Below, in pieces: positions 51,640-64,000 of a stretch of 64,000 bases of DNA; position 1 is the first letter of the stretch; each line of letters begins with the position of its first letter. The notes under the pieces were generated by a model. It saw nothing but the letters and a program-made list of their open reading frames with translations. It was not told the DNA's origin and did not search any database. The DNA lies in the NCBI RefSeq assembly GCF_044704955.1, contig NC_091990.1:177568001-177632000 (forward strand), written 5' to 3'. Origin of the DNA: Pristiophorus japonicus (Eukaryota). Position numbers and translations under genes: made by a program.

Positions 51640-51925
51640 CTCAACGGACGGCTGCCGAAAGCTTTCGAATTAAGAGCCAGACTAGCCTTGGATGAGACGG
51701 GAGGAAAGTGGCTACTGGAGTGAGTACCCTTTAAAATACCACTTCAGCTTCCTTCAGTTCCAAAAGTCTGACGAAAGTTTGGCCACTCGCTGGTTCTCAG
51801 GTAGCATCTGAACGAGATCCAGGTCAATCTGGCAAATACCTTTTAACTTAGGAAATAAGTGTCCAAGTCAGGTACGACGTCGACTTTGTATATCACTTAA
51901 TCCGTCTAGGCGCTGATTGGACTTA

Positions 51926-52216
51926 AATCGCGCGGCGACGCGGAGGTATAGGGAAATAGATAATCGCGCGGTGACGCGAACCATGCGGCGACATGGAAGG
52001 ATAGGGAAATAGATAATCGCGTGGCGACGCGAACCGCACGGCGACGTGGAGGGATAGGGAAATAGACAATCGCGCGGCGACGCGAATTGGAAAACCACGC
52101 AGCGACGCGGAGGGCTAGGGAAATAGACTATTGCGTGGCAACGCGAATAGGAAAACCGCGGGGTGACGTGGAAGAAAATGGAAATTGTGTAAAACTAAAT
52201 CGCGGGGCGACGCGAG
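51926..52216 (+). repeat. Imperfect CpG-rich tandem repeats in the ERV leader
   Basis: Recurring modules CGCGCGGCGACGCG / GGATAGGGAAATAGA(T/C)AAT. Confidence 0.75.
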
Positions 52217-54509
52217 GAATTGTGTAAGGATAAAAGGAATTGTGTAAGGATAAAATTGGGCAATTATGGATCCAAAAATAGAGCCAGCCAAAGAAAATTT
52301 TTTAAATTAATAAGCTTTGTTGAATGAAGAGAGACTTTTGTGAATGTCTGTTTTTGAATGAGAGTACTTGTGTTATTTTTTGACTGCGTAATTAATTTTT
52401 ATCTTTTCATGTTTTTTAAAAGCCTGTTTGGAGAGGTGATGCAGCTGTCTATTAATTTAGGCTCCTCCCCCTTCTCCAAACAGAGTGAAAGTTTTTTCAA
52501 CCCTTTGTGGTGTTGTCCTGTATGTGGGAAGTTTTAAGACATTTTAAGTTAGGAACGCAGGTGTGGATATATTCGGATGATAAGTTACAGAGCTAGGAAA
52601 TGCACAAAGGATAGGTTTGTTGAGTAAAAGATAAAAAAATACATGGTCCCGGTGGTTGAAAAAAAAAAATTTATTTGACAGGCTCACTTACTTGTCGAAA
52701 GAAAACATGCAATGATTGATTACATTGGGTTGAAAGACATAAATTTAGTCTCGGAATGAGATAAAGAATGCCTTTTAAAAAAAAAAGCTTCTAGCTCAAA
52801 AAAAAAAGTTTTAAATAAAGATTGAAATTACAAAATTTGAATTGGGATTTTGAGATATTAAGAGAAGGCACAGCAAAATACTGAGGTGGATTCAAAAAAA
52901 AATTATTATATTAAATCTGATCTCTTAAAGAAAATAGGAGATATAAAACTAAAAGATTTGGAAACAATCTAGAAATACCTTCAGGGATCAGATCAAACTC
53001 CTGGGCGAGTGGCGAGCTATCTGCGAAGGTGTAAAAGGGACTTTTGAAAAATGTTAAAAACAGCAAGCTTTAGCAGTTTAGAAGAGACATTGTAACGACC
53101 TTGAAACTGGAACAATTGAGATAACGAAAAGCAGCCCTCTCAGCCCAGACTCTCCTCTAGTTATGGAAAAGACGGGAAAAAAAGATGCAACCTTGAAAGA
53201 AAACAAATTGAACGAATTTGAAAGAAAAAGTATCTTCGATTGTCTGATGATGTTAAATTAACAAATTTACCGAGACACGAGCCCTCTGTGTAAAATACAA
53301 AACCTAATTTGAAGAAAGGAGATCTTAAAAAAAAATGTAACGTACTAAATAGGTGCTGAAAGGAAAAAAAAGTGTTCTGAGATGGAAAAGGACATAACTT
53401 ACTAAATACTAGCTGATATTTGCTGTGAAAAAGATATTGGCTTAATTGAAAAAATTTTGGAAGAGGTAAAAGACACTCTCCATTGATAATGATTTTAAAT
53501 TATGAGAAAGTTCCACTGCAGTTTGAAAAGATGAATCACTTCTGTCAAGTTGGCAGGAAAACGCCACTAAGTTAGGAATCTCATTAATGGAAGGAGGACA
53601 TGTTAAACCCCTAGATGTATTAAAGAAAGAGTGCGCGCACGGAAAACGTACCAAGAGCTCCACTCGGACCTCTGAAAAGGGTATTGATAGACTACGTAGT
53701 CAAATGGTTGGCCTTGCATTGACCGAGGCTGATGACGAAACTGAATTTCAGTAAACAAAATAGCTATTAAAAATGTGTGGTCTCGTTTTAAATCAATTTT
53801 TTTTTTAAATCTTTGGCAAGTACTTGAATTAGAAGTTAAAAGAAATTGGAGTTTAATCTAAAATGCCGTCTTTTATGAGAAGACTTTTAGTATAACGGCT
53901 TTACTAATGATTTCTGCTGTTTTAATGGATTCCTAATTTCTAAGCAAGTTTTGAAGGCACAAAGACTTTAAAAAAAAAGAATTTTTCGGATGATTACGTG
54001 AAGTCACGTAATGACATCAGGCTTTCTTACAAACCTGTAAAGGAGTTAACCCTTTCCATTGACAGCTGTTTTATATTGGACATTATTAATTTGGATTTCT
54101 TAATAGAATAAAAAAGACTCACCTAACAGAGGAAATGATGCGATAGTCAGAATAAAAATAAAAACAGAACTAGCCTATGTAATAATACTCGCCTGATACA
54201 AATAAAAGAAAGATACCCAAACAAAACAAATTCAAGAGTTAAAAACTAAGATAAATAAGCTGGAAGAGATTTTTTTAAAAACGGGGCCAGACGGATAGTG
54301 CAGTGCGCAGCCATAGCACCATCACCTATGGCAATAGAGCCCATGTACCCCACGGTGGGTAAGTGTAGTCTACAAACCCAACCTAACTTTACCTCCGATT
54401 TCACAGAGTGACCGCAACATGCATGGATAAAAGATGAGTAGACCAGAACCTAACACCTGGTGACGACCAGGCTATCTGCTTAAAATTTGCAGATAAAACA
54501 CTCACCGAG

Positions 54510-56486
54510 ATGGGACCGCAGCGGCTACTTCGACTCTGGAGACTCAGGATACTGGTGACCTTTAGGCCCACGCAGGCACTGGATAATACAGATGGACTAC
54601 GAGAGATATAGCACACGCAGGAAAGACACAACTACATGAACTAGCTTTGTTTAATTTGACTGCCGAAATATGCATCCCAGCAGCCAAGGACTAGAGCAAG
54701 GACAGAACTTATTTTAACGCATGGCTATGTATAGTATATTAAGTAAGGTTGTAATGCAGCAGGCTGCTGATGCCATGGGCGCCAGTAGATTCCGAGGACA
54801 GGAGCAAGTTCATAGGACCAAAAGGGAAGGGCGCAGAAATCCAACTGGATGGAATTTCAGTTCTAGAAGCTCATGCCTGGGCGGACAAAGCTGCAAACAA
54901 ACAGCCAAATCCACCCCGCAAGAAACAGAAGGGTGGGAACAGAACGGAGCAAAGGGGGGGGGCTAGTAATAAAAGAATCTAAAGAAAGGATATCATTTGG
55001 GGTGCGTCAGCGACTACTTATCCTAAACCTAATGGATATCATTTTTCCTAGCTTCTGTGGGAATCAAACTATAAGTCTATACCAGAACCTGGCACAACGG
55101 ATCCTCGAAGGCCCGGGACCCACTACCCTGAGATTTAATGTCAGAAATGGAACAGGGCAAGGTCGAAAAAAAAAGGGAATACTGGAAACACTAGGCACGG
55201 GTTATGCGGCAGGGGTTATGACGATGAATTCCATAGGCCTGTAGGCAATATACGACCGGGTTAACAACTTAATGGCGTAGTCTTGACTGGTTTAGTGGGG
55301 AGGGACTTGGATAACCAAGCCCTACATGCGCGGAGGGGAGATGGCGCGGAAGGGGAACTGTTACAAGTGGCCCATACATTGCTGAAATGCCAAGACAATA
55401 AAATTGATCCACGCAATGGGGAAAGATATAAGTAAACGATTACAGGCTGAGATAGTTTGCTCTGGGTATGGGCCTGGATATTAAGTGAGGTACAACATAA
55501 TTTGGAGCAACTCCAGAATGGAGACATACCAGATTGGATTCCGAACAGCATACTTAACAATTGGACTCTAGATAAAAAAAATGAATAACACATGCGAGGT
55601 ACGAAGGAATAGTCACGCATGGGTGCCGAAATTCAGATGTATTACTGGGCGGGTGAATATGATCAGATTTGTGTTGTCCATACCACAGTATGATGTAACA
55701 AAGGGAGACCCCTTATATCAGATCGATAATATTGGTGAAGTGAGAAACCAAACTCGATTACGTTACCATCAGCCTGCCTGACGGGTGATTAAAATTAACA
55801 ATAGTACCAAAGGCATTGATATAACTGACTGCTATAAAATTAATCAAGTGGTTTTATGTCGAGGTACGCCATGAATGACGAATGATGATTGCCATTTCCA
55901 CCAAACAAATGGGTGCATGCTGAGTATCACTCCTCTCGAACACGATCTTGAGACCATCGCTGCCCCGCAAGGGAACGGAGAGTGATGTGTGAGCACGGGG
56001 GCAACCAACTTAACCATTAAGACCAGGGGAGGAGTCACCCCCTGTGTCCTCATTACTCCTAACTTCTGCTTCAGACCCAAGGGAGAAATAGACATAGACA
56101 GATATCATATACATCCCGAGACAACGGAAATCATCGACGGAACAATCACGGATACCCTCCGAGAGGGGTACGAAGAGGCGGTATGGGAACCGCAAGGCAA
56201 ACAGATACCGGAACTAAATGAGGAACAATTACGTTTGGTGCAAGGAATCCAGAATCAAAGACGACAGTATGTCCGGCTGATGGAAGAAATAGACAACTTA
56301 CAGAGAGACACTAACGCAATGCTGGCTGATCAGCCCTGGTACTCAAAGCTGTGGGACATTGGACTTAATATTCAAATTCACCCATGGATAAGAATAATAT
56401 CACATGTACTTGTAGTAATACAGGGTCTGGTTCTGATGGTCATGATGGGATTAACATGTGCACGAATTAAACAGGCCAAACGATAA
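54510..56486 (+). pseudogene. env: Disrupted env gene, class I F-like fusion glycoprotein
   Basis: Signal-like start MGPQRLLRLWRLRILVTF; basic cleavage site RKKK followed by a Gly/Ala-rich fusion peptide GILETLGTGYAAGVMT; Cys-rich block (DCYKINQVVLC, DDCHF...GC, CVST, PCVLITPNFC); heptad repeat, Trp-rich membrane-proximal region and TM (IISHVLVVIQGLVLMVMMGLTC). Several stops and frameshifts. Confidence 0.8.
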
Positions 56487-57016
56487 GTCAGGGCACGCAC
56501 TATGATTAAGGCCAAAAGGGATGAAAATTTAAGCAGTCCTACAGGAAGGACTTACCTTATATAACTCTGTGGGAAGGTTTCAGGAGGTCCCGAAGCTTGG
56601 GAGATGGCCACCCAGGTGAACGAACCTATCTGGAACTTGCCTACAGGGAGATAGTTATTGGGAAATATGGCCAGCTTGGCGTATAGCCAAGGGCCAAAAG
56701 GGGGGAAATGTAAGAGAAAAATTTGGCATTCGGGGTACCAGTGGGACAAGGGTTAAAGTGCTGGTTCCTGCACTGGCCCATAAGGAGGTAAAAGGCCCCT
56801 CTTCGGCCTTGTACCAAGGCTCCAGAAGTTATCAAGTCAATAATATTCCGACAGGATACGATGTGAGAACCTAAACAGACATTGATAAGACCTTGCGAAG
56901 AGGCTCGAGGCGGACTCACAGACAACAAGGAGGATCAGGAAAGAGAGTGCGCATGACTAAACGCGATACTCCTGGAATAAGCACCAGGGTTATCATGGAA
57001 TGATAAAAGGGGGGAA

Positions 57017-57663
57017 TGAGAATGTGTAAAAGGGTTGCGAAAGTGGTAGATGACTAGAGAAGGTGGCAAAAGGATGGAGATAGGAAATCATGGGAAAATA
57101 GCTAAAGAAATGGTCAAGATACAGACAACTGCAGAATCAACAGAAAAAAAAGGGGTTACCAAGAGTTGAAGTTGAGGTTAGACACGGGTCATGAGAAAGT
57201 CCAAGGCAGCACAAAGAAAGAAAGCAATTCTAGATAAGAAGGGAAAAGTAATAACTTCTACTGATAAGGAGGAAGAGAAACGAATTGGGTGCTTTACTGA
57301 TAAGGGAAGACAGTGTAGCAAAGCTATAACTAACCTACCTGACACCAGCCCTAATTGGGAGACTTTCTTTCCTGCCATTGGACGTACTCGGGGGGGGGGG
57401 GGGGGGAGGCAGAAAGGGATTGGATAGACCAAGTGCTAATCAAATGTGTTCTGTTTTGAAAATGTATATCTACTGTGCTTTTCGCACTGAAAAGGGGCTT
57501 GTCCAGGGGAAGGTAAACAGGCTCTGATTGAGAGTGTTCCTTTGTCTTGACAAGTCCCGGCCGGAGAATCTTCAATAAAGGTCTTTTACAGAAAAGGCAA
57601 AAGGTGTTCATGTGTCAGTGTATTCGCTGAAACAGATTGAGGGAAAAAGAATCTGTATCAACA
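57017..57663 (+). repeat. 3' LTR of the ERV-like element
   Basis: Preceded by the PPT and followed by the TSD ACAT. Confidence 0.92.
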
Positions 57664-57799
57664 ACATCATCTTACAATTATTGGCTAAACCTGGGTCCGG
57701 TCACCTCACACCCAAACTATCAATAGGGTTTAGATTTCAGCAAGTTTAAAACCACTTCTTTTAGAAATTACAGCACGAGAAGGCACACCTACACTTATT

Positions 57800-58857
57800 G
57801 GCCTGGAAATCCCGACCTCCCCTGGTCTGTACTGAGTGTGTACGGACCCGGGAAGGCATTGCAAAAGCCGGTTTTCAGCACACCATAAGCATGCACTGAA
57901 AACCGGCTTTTCCAATCTGTCAAGCTGGAGCTTGACAGATCCAACGCATACGGGAGCGAGGACATTTGCAATGGCAAGATTGCGGGATTTTCCCATATCT
58001 TGCCCAGAAAAATTCTTGCACCTGATAAAAGCAGGCGCATAGCCTACTTTTACAGGCGTAGGAGTTTAAAAACATATAAAAATATAATACAATTACACTT
58101 TAAAAACACATTGGCCCAGAAATCCCGGTTTCTCCTTCCCGTGGGACTTCGACTGGAATCTAGAAAGAAGCGCACCTATCTGAAACTGCTGCGCCCATGC
58201 GAGATCCCGGTCCTGAGGCCTCCCCTGACTACGCGTCGCAGCGCGTGCATATCGGGACTTGCACAGGCCTGGAGCTGGAGTCACATGGCTCTGGGCAGCC
58301 AATCAGGTAAAGTATATTCTCATTCATAATAATGGGAACTCCGTAAGTTGGAGTTCCCATTATTATGAATGAGAAACAGTCCCCAAAACACACATAACCA
58401 ATAATAAAAGATAGAAAAAATGCACAACATATTTTTTATTAATTTAAATGAAAGTTATTTATGTATTCAAAAAAATAATATTTTCTGTTTTTTTAAAAGT
58501 TTTTTTAATTATGGTTTAAAATAAACTTACCGTAGTGGGGAGGGTTTTTAAACAATAAAATGTGTTTTTAAAATTTTATTTTACAATGTTTTTGTATGTT
58601 TTAAAACTCTTACACCTGCAAAAGTAGGCGATGCGCCTGCTTTTATCAGGCGCAAGAGTTTTGAGGACAGTTGCTGGGCAAGATATGGGAAAATCCCGCA
58701 ATCTTGCCCTTGAAAATGTCCTCGCTCCCGAGATGCGGAGGATCTATCAAGCTCCAGCTTGTGCATGTGCATTGTGCGCTGAAAACCGGCTTTTGCGATG
58801 CCTTCCCGTGTCTGTAGAAACTCCGTATAGACACGGGGAGTCCAGAATTTCAGGGCC
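57800..58857. mobile_element. Foldback-like MITE with roughly 280-bp inverted arms
   Basis: 57800-58080 is an imperfect reverse complement of 58595-58857; central perfect 26-bp hairpin at 58317-58375. Confidence 0.7.
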
Positions 58858-60003
58858 ATTATTTTTAAAAACCTTGCCCACTACATTACATTTATGTTTC
58901 ACCATAATTAAAAAAACTTTTTAAAAACTCGGGAAAATTTTTTTTCTCTGATATTCATTAACTTTAATTTCAATTAATTTTAATTATGTGAGGTGTGTTT
59001 TTTATTTTTTATTATATGTGTTTAGTATGTTTGTTTTTTTTTCTCATTAATAGCAATGAGAACTCGTAGACACGGAGTTTCACTGCTATTAATGAGAAAG
59101 CTGTGGAATACTGTACCTGATTGGTTGAGCAGTCACACGTGACTGCACCTTCTGCGTGGGAACTTGGAGGGCGGGAGCACGCTTTGCAGCGCGGGAAGAG
59201 AAGGCCTCCCCACTGCAATCGCAGGCTCCTCCGGAACCACCAGGTAATGCCGTAAAAATTCTCCTGCCGGAGGCTTTCGTCCGAAAGAAGCCTCCAACCG
59301 GAATTTCAGGGCCATTAATTCTTCAAATGCAACAATCAACTATAATCCTATTCCCCTGTCTTTCTCCATATTAATTTACAATCTTCCATTTCAGATATTT
59401 ATCCAATCCCTTTTAAATGATATTAGTCTCAAAAACAACTTTTTATACAGTCCTAATAACTTTGCATTGATAAACCGTAAAGTGATGGACTTTTCACCTG
59501 ACTTTTTTTCGTAGTTTTGAAAATATTTGTTTGATTGAATAATCTCTTCATCTTTTCAGAAAATATTTTACAAAAATCATGTTTTGGGTTGAGCAGTTTT
59601 TTTCCCCCCAAGAGTACCTGTCATGCTACTGCCTGAGCTCTTGTTTTTGATATGGATTAACTGCGCAATCAGCATCTGAGCCTGACTCCAGGCACATTCA
59701 CCAGGCGGTGACAGATATAAAAGCTGTGATAGGGAGCCAGCCACTTCAACTGGGGCAGGACAATGGTGACTAGGGGTTGGCTGCAGTAACGAATTGTACC
59801 ATCCAGAGGCATTTCACTCTTGTCTAAAACAGCTGGTGCGGAAACACACAAGTGGGAGGTAGTGGCAAGTGATTAGGACGAGCTGTGAGATATCTAAAGT
59901 GCAACTAAAGTGGAAGAAAGTGTATGATAAAAATGTTCACTGGAAAGACAGAAAAAAATCTTTGAAAAACATTGAGTAAATTAAACTGTAGTAATTCTTT
60001 ACT

Positions 60004-60478
60004 GGTCCTCGACCAGGCTAACATCCCAGTATTGAAGCACTGACCACACTCGATCAGCTTCGCTCGGCAGGCCAGATACCAGACTCCCTAAGCAAATGCT
60101 TTATGCAGAGCTCCTTCATGGTAAACGAGCCAAAGGAGGACAGCGGAAATGTTATAAGGACACCCTCAAAGCCTCCCTGGTAAAGTGTGAAATCACCACT
60201 GACACCTGGGAGACCCTGGCCGCAGACAGCCCGAGGTGGAGAAAGTCCATCCGGGAGGGCGTTGAACTCTTCGAATCTCAATGCAAAGAGCATGAAGAGG
60301 CCAAGCGCAGGCAGCGGAAGGAGCGCGCGGCAAACCAGCCCCACCGACCCCTTCCCTCAACGAATGTCTGTCCCACCTGTAACAGGGTCTGTGGCTCTTG
60401 TAACGGACTGTTCAAAGAACTCACTTTGGGAGTGGAAGCAAGTCCTCCTCGATTCCGAGGGACTGCCTATGATGATGA
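60004..60478 (+). mobile_element. RTE/BovB-like LINE 3' fragment
   Basis: GGQRKCYKDTLKASL, CPTC and a (GAT)n tail. Confidence 0.8.
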
Positions 60479-60759
60479 TTAAAACTAATAGGCATTTTTA
60501 AATAATTGTACACTTGTTTTGTATGTGAACAGTCCTACAAATGCTTTTCACATGTTCTTATAATAATCGGTTCTTGCACGGAATAGAAGTTAGTACACAA
60601 TTCAATAAGATCAATGACAGCCTTATCTTCCCACATGCTCGCTTGGAAAACCATCCTGAAATAGGGCCACTTGACAGGAATACGGACATCAGATTTGCAA
60701 GATCGCAATGTAAATAGAGACGAAGAATGCCATTCTAACTCATCCCTCCAGAAAATCCT

Positions 60760-63700
60760 AGGGAGGAGTTAAACTAATATGGCAGGGGGACAGGAACCTA
60801 TGCAGGGAGTCAGAGGGAAATAAAAGGGAGACAGAGGCAAAAGATAGAAAGGAGAATAGTAAAAGTGGAGGGCAGGGAATCCCAAGGCAAAAAACAAAAA
60901 GGGCCACATTACAGCAAAATTCTAAAGGGGCAAGGTGTGTTAAAAAGACAAGCCTGAAGACTCTGTGCCTCAATGCGAGGAGTATTCGGAATAAGGGGAC
61001 GAATTAACTGCGCAGATAGCAGTTAATGGATATGATGTAGTTGGCATCACAGAGACATGGCTCCAGGGTGACGAAGGCTGGGAACTCAACATCCAGGAGT
61101 ATTCAACATTTAGGAGGGATAGACAGAAAGGAAAAGGATGCGGGGTGGCGTTGCTGGTTAAAGAAGAAATTAATGCAATTGTAAGGAAGGACATTGGCTT
61201 GGATGATGTGGAATCGGTATGGGTGGAGCTGCGGAATACCAAAGGGCAGAAAACGCTGGTGGGAGTTGTGTACAGGCCACCAAATAGTAGTAGTGAGGTT
61301 GGGGATAGCATCAAGCAAGAAATAAGGGATGTGTGCAATAAAGGTACAGCAGTAATCATGGGCGACTTTAATCTACATATTGATTGGGCTAACGTAACTG
61401 GTAGCAATGCAGTAGAGGAGGATTTCCTGGAGTGTATTAGGGATGATTTTCTAGACCAATATGTCGAGGAACCAACCAGGGAGCTGGCCATCCTAGACTG
61501 GGTATTGTGTAATGAGAAGGGACTAATTAGCAATCTAGTTGTGCGAGGCCCCTTGGGGAAAAGTGACCATAATATGGTAGAATTCCTTATTAAGATGGCA
61601 AGTGACAAAGTTAATTCGGAAACTAGGGCCCTGAACTTAAGGAAAGGTAACTTCGACGGTATGAGGCTAGAATAGACTGGCAAACGATACTAAAAGGGTT
61701 GACGGTGGATAAGCAATGGCAAACATTTAAAGATCACATGGATGAACTTCAGCAATTGTACATCCCTGTCTGGAGTAAAAATAAAACGGGGAAGGTGGCT
61801 CAACCATGGCTAACAAAGGAAATTAATGACAGTGTTAAAGCCAAGTTGGAAACATATAAATTGGCTAGAAAAAACAACAAACCTGAGGACTGGGAGAAAT
61901 TTAAAATTCAACAGAGGAGGACTAAGGGTTTAATTAAGAGGGGGAAAATAGAGTACGAGAGGAAGCTTGCAGGGAATATAAAAACTGACTGCAAAAACTT
62001 CTATAAATATGTGAAGAGAATAAGATTAGTAAAGACAAACGTAGGTCCCTTGCAGTCGGTTTCAGGTGAAATTATAATGGGGAACAAAGAATTGGCAGAC
62101 CAATTGAACCAATACTTCGGTTCTGTCTTCACGAAGGAAGATACAAATAACCTTCCGAAGGTACTAAGGGACAGTGGGTCTAGTGAGAAGGAGGAACTGA
62201 AGGATATCCTTATTAGGCGGGAAATTGTGTTAGGGAAATTGATGGGATTGAAGGCCAATAAATCCCCAGGGCTTGATATTCTACATCCCAGAGTATTTAA
62301 GGAAGTGGCCCTAGAAATACTGGATGCATTGGTGATAATTTTCCAACAGTCTATCGACTCTGGATCAGTTCCTATGGACTGGAGGGTTGCTAATGTAACA
62401 CCACTTTTTAAAAAAGGAGGGAGAAAGAAAACGGGTAATTATAGACCGGTTAGCCTGACATCAGTAGTGGGGAAAATGTTGGAATCGATCATGAAGGACG
62501 AAATAGCAGCGCATTTGGAAAGCGGTGACAGGATCGGATCAAGTCAGCATAGATTTATGAAAGGGAAATCATGCTTGACGAATCTTCTGGAATTTTTTGA
62601 GGCTGTAACTAGTAGAGTGGATAAGGGAGAACCAGTGAATGTGGTGTATTTGGACTTTCAGAAGGCTTTTGACAAGGTCCACACAAGAAATTGTTGTGCA
62701 AAGTCAAAGCACATGGTATTGGGGGTAATGTACTGATGTGGATAGGGAACTGGTTGGCAGACAGGAAGCAGAGAGTCGGGATAAACGGGTCCTTTTCAGA
62801 ATGGTAGGCAGTGACTAGTGGAGTGCCGCAGGGCTCAGTGCTGGGACCCCAGCTCTTAACAATATACATTAACGATTTGGATGAAGGAATAGGGTGTAAT
62901 ATCTCCAAGTTTTAGATGACACTAAACTGGGTGGTGGTGTGAGCTGTGAGGAGGACGAAAAGAGGCTGCAGGGTGACTTGGACAGGTTAGGTGAGTGGGC
63001 AAATGCAGTATAATATGGATAAATGTGAGGTTATCCATTTTGGGGGCAAAAACACGAAGGCAGAATATTATCTGAATGGCGGCAGACTAGGAAAAGGGGA
63101 GGTGCAACGAGACTTGGGTGTCATGGTTCATCAGTCACTGAAAGTGGGCATGCAGGTACAGCAGGCGGTGAAGAAGGCAAATGGTATGTTGGCCTTCATA
63201 GCTAGGGGATTTGAATATAGAAGCAGGGAGGTCTTATTGCAGTTGTACAGGGCCTTGGTGAGGCCTCACCTGGAATATTGTGTTCAGTTTTGGTCTCCTA
63301 GTCTGAGGATTGATGTTCTTGCTATTGAGGAATGCAGCGAAGGTTCACCAGACTGATTCCTGGGATGGCTGGGCTGTCATATGAGGAGAGACTGGATCAA
63401 CTGGGTCTTTATTCACTGGAGTTTAGAAGGATGAGAGGGGATCTCATAGAAACATATAAGATTCTGACGGGGCTGGACAGGTTAGATGTGGGAAGAAAGT
63501 TCCCGATGTTGGGAAAGTCCAGAACCAGGGGACATAGTCTTAGGATAAGAGTAGGCCATTTAAGACTGAGATGAGGAGAAACTTCTTCACTCAGAGAGTT
63601 GTTAACCTGTGGAATTCCCTGCCGCAGAGTTGTTGATTCCAATTCACTGGATATATTCAAGAGGGAGTTAGATATGGCTCTTACGGTTAAGGGGATCATG

Positions 63701-63825
63701 GGGTATGGAGAGAAAGCAGGAAAGGGGTACTGAAGAAATGATCAGCCATGATCTTATTGAATGGCGGTGCAGGCTCGAAGGGCTGAATGGCCTACTCCTG
63801 CACCTATTTTTCTATGTTTCTATGT
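60760..63825 (+). mobile_element. CR1 LINE, near-complete ORF2 (degenerate)
   Basis: APE (TETWL, YRPP, GDFN, SDH) and RT motifs with frameshifts; tail tttctatgtttctatg. Confidence 0.92.
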
Positions 63826-64000
63826 CCCATCGCGGGACGCAGTGTTCCTTGAGATGGCGTGAATTGCCGATCCCCTTTCCATTGTCCTTGTTGCGGGCCC
63901 ACCCTAGAGCCTGTTGCTGCCTGGTCGGCTTCGAAATGCCCTTGCCTGCCTGCGGGGTCCCGAGCCGCATTCACCATGTTAAGTCCCTGGTCCGTCGTCA

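Larger units (their letters stand above)
50969..57663 (+). mobile_element. Endogenous retrovirus-like LTR element without recognisable pol, carrying a decayed F-like env
   Basis: LTRs 50969-51619 and 57017-57663 (TG...CA, about 97% identical by manual count). 4-bp TSD ACAT on both sides, PBS at 51622, PPT AAAAGGGGGGAA immediately before the 3' LTR. Confidence 0.92.

Noticed and set aside
51926-52216. CRISPR-like array
   Set aside because: Eukaryotic ERV leader with irregular period and repeated, non-unique spacers.
59618-59675. Alternative ATG leader MLIAQLIHIKNKSSGSSMT with a phase-1 donor
   Set aside because: No hydrophobic core and a weak donor.

Overview
Repeat-rich vertebrate genomic DNA, most likely from a cartilaginous fish (inferred from the CR1/L2/RTE/SINE and Harbinger repeat complement). 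It holds two tandem minus-strand B7-H6/NCR3LG1-like immunoglobulin-superfamily genes. Gene B is nearly complete: V exon (49514-49861), C1 exon (47567-47887), transmembrane exon (42887-42994), then FIVE further phase-1 C1-like Ig exons after the membrane anchor (39620-39943, 35093-35416, 30343-30669, 29764-30084, 19043-19359). All five lack the F-strand cysteine and are almost free of N-glycosylation sequons, so the gene predicts a receptor or ligand with a tandem array of cytoplasmic Ig domains. Gene A shows only its leader (6132-6180) and V exon (78-413) and runs off the left edge. Upstream of gene B lies a 6.7-kb two-LTR retrovirus-like element (50969-57663; ACAT target-site duplication, tRNA-Leu PBS). 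It has no recognisable pol and carries a decayed env resembling paramyxovirus-type F fusion proteins. Introns contain a full-length degenerate Gypsy element, solo LTRs, many CR1/L2/RTE fragments, SINEs, and Harbinger, Tc1/pogo and hAT MITEs. Most ORFs in the supplied track are repeat-derived or spurious. All calls were made by eye without database searches.
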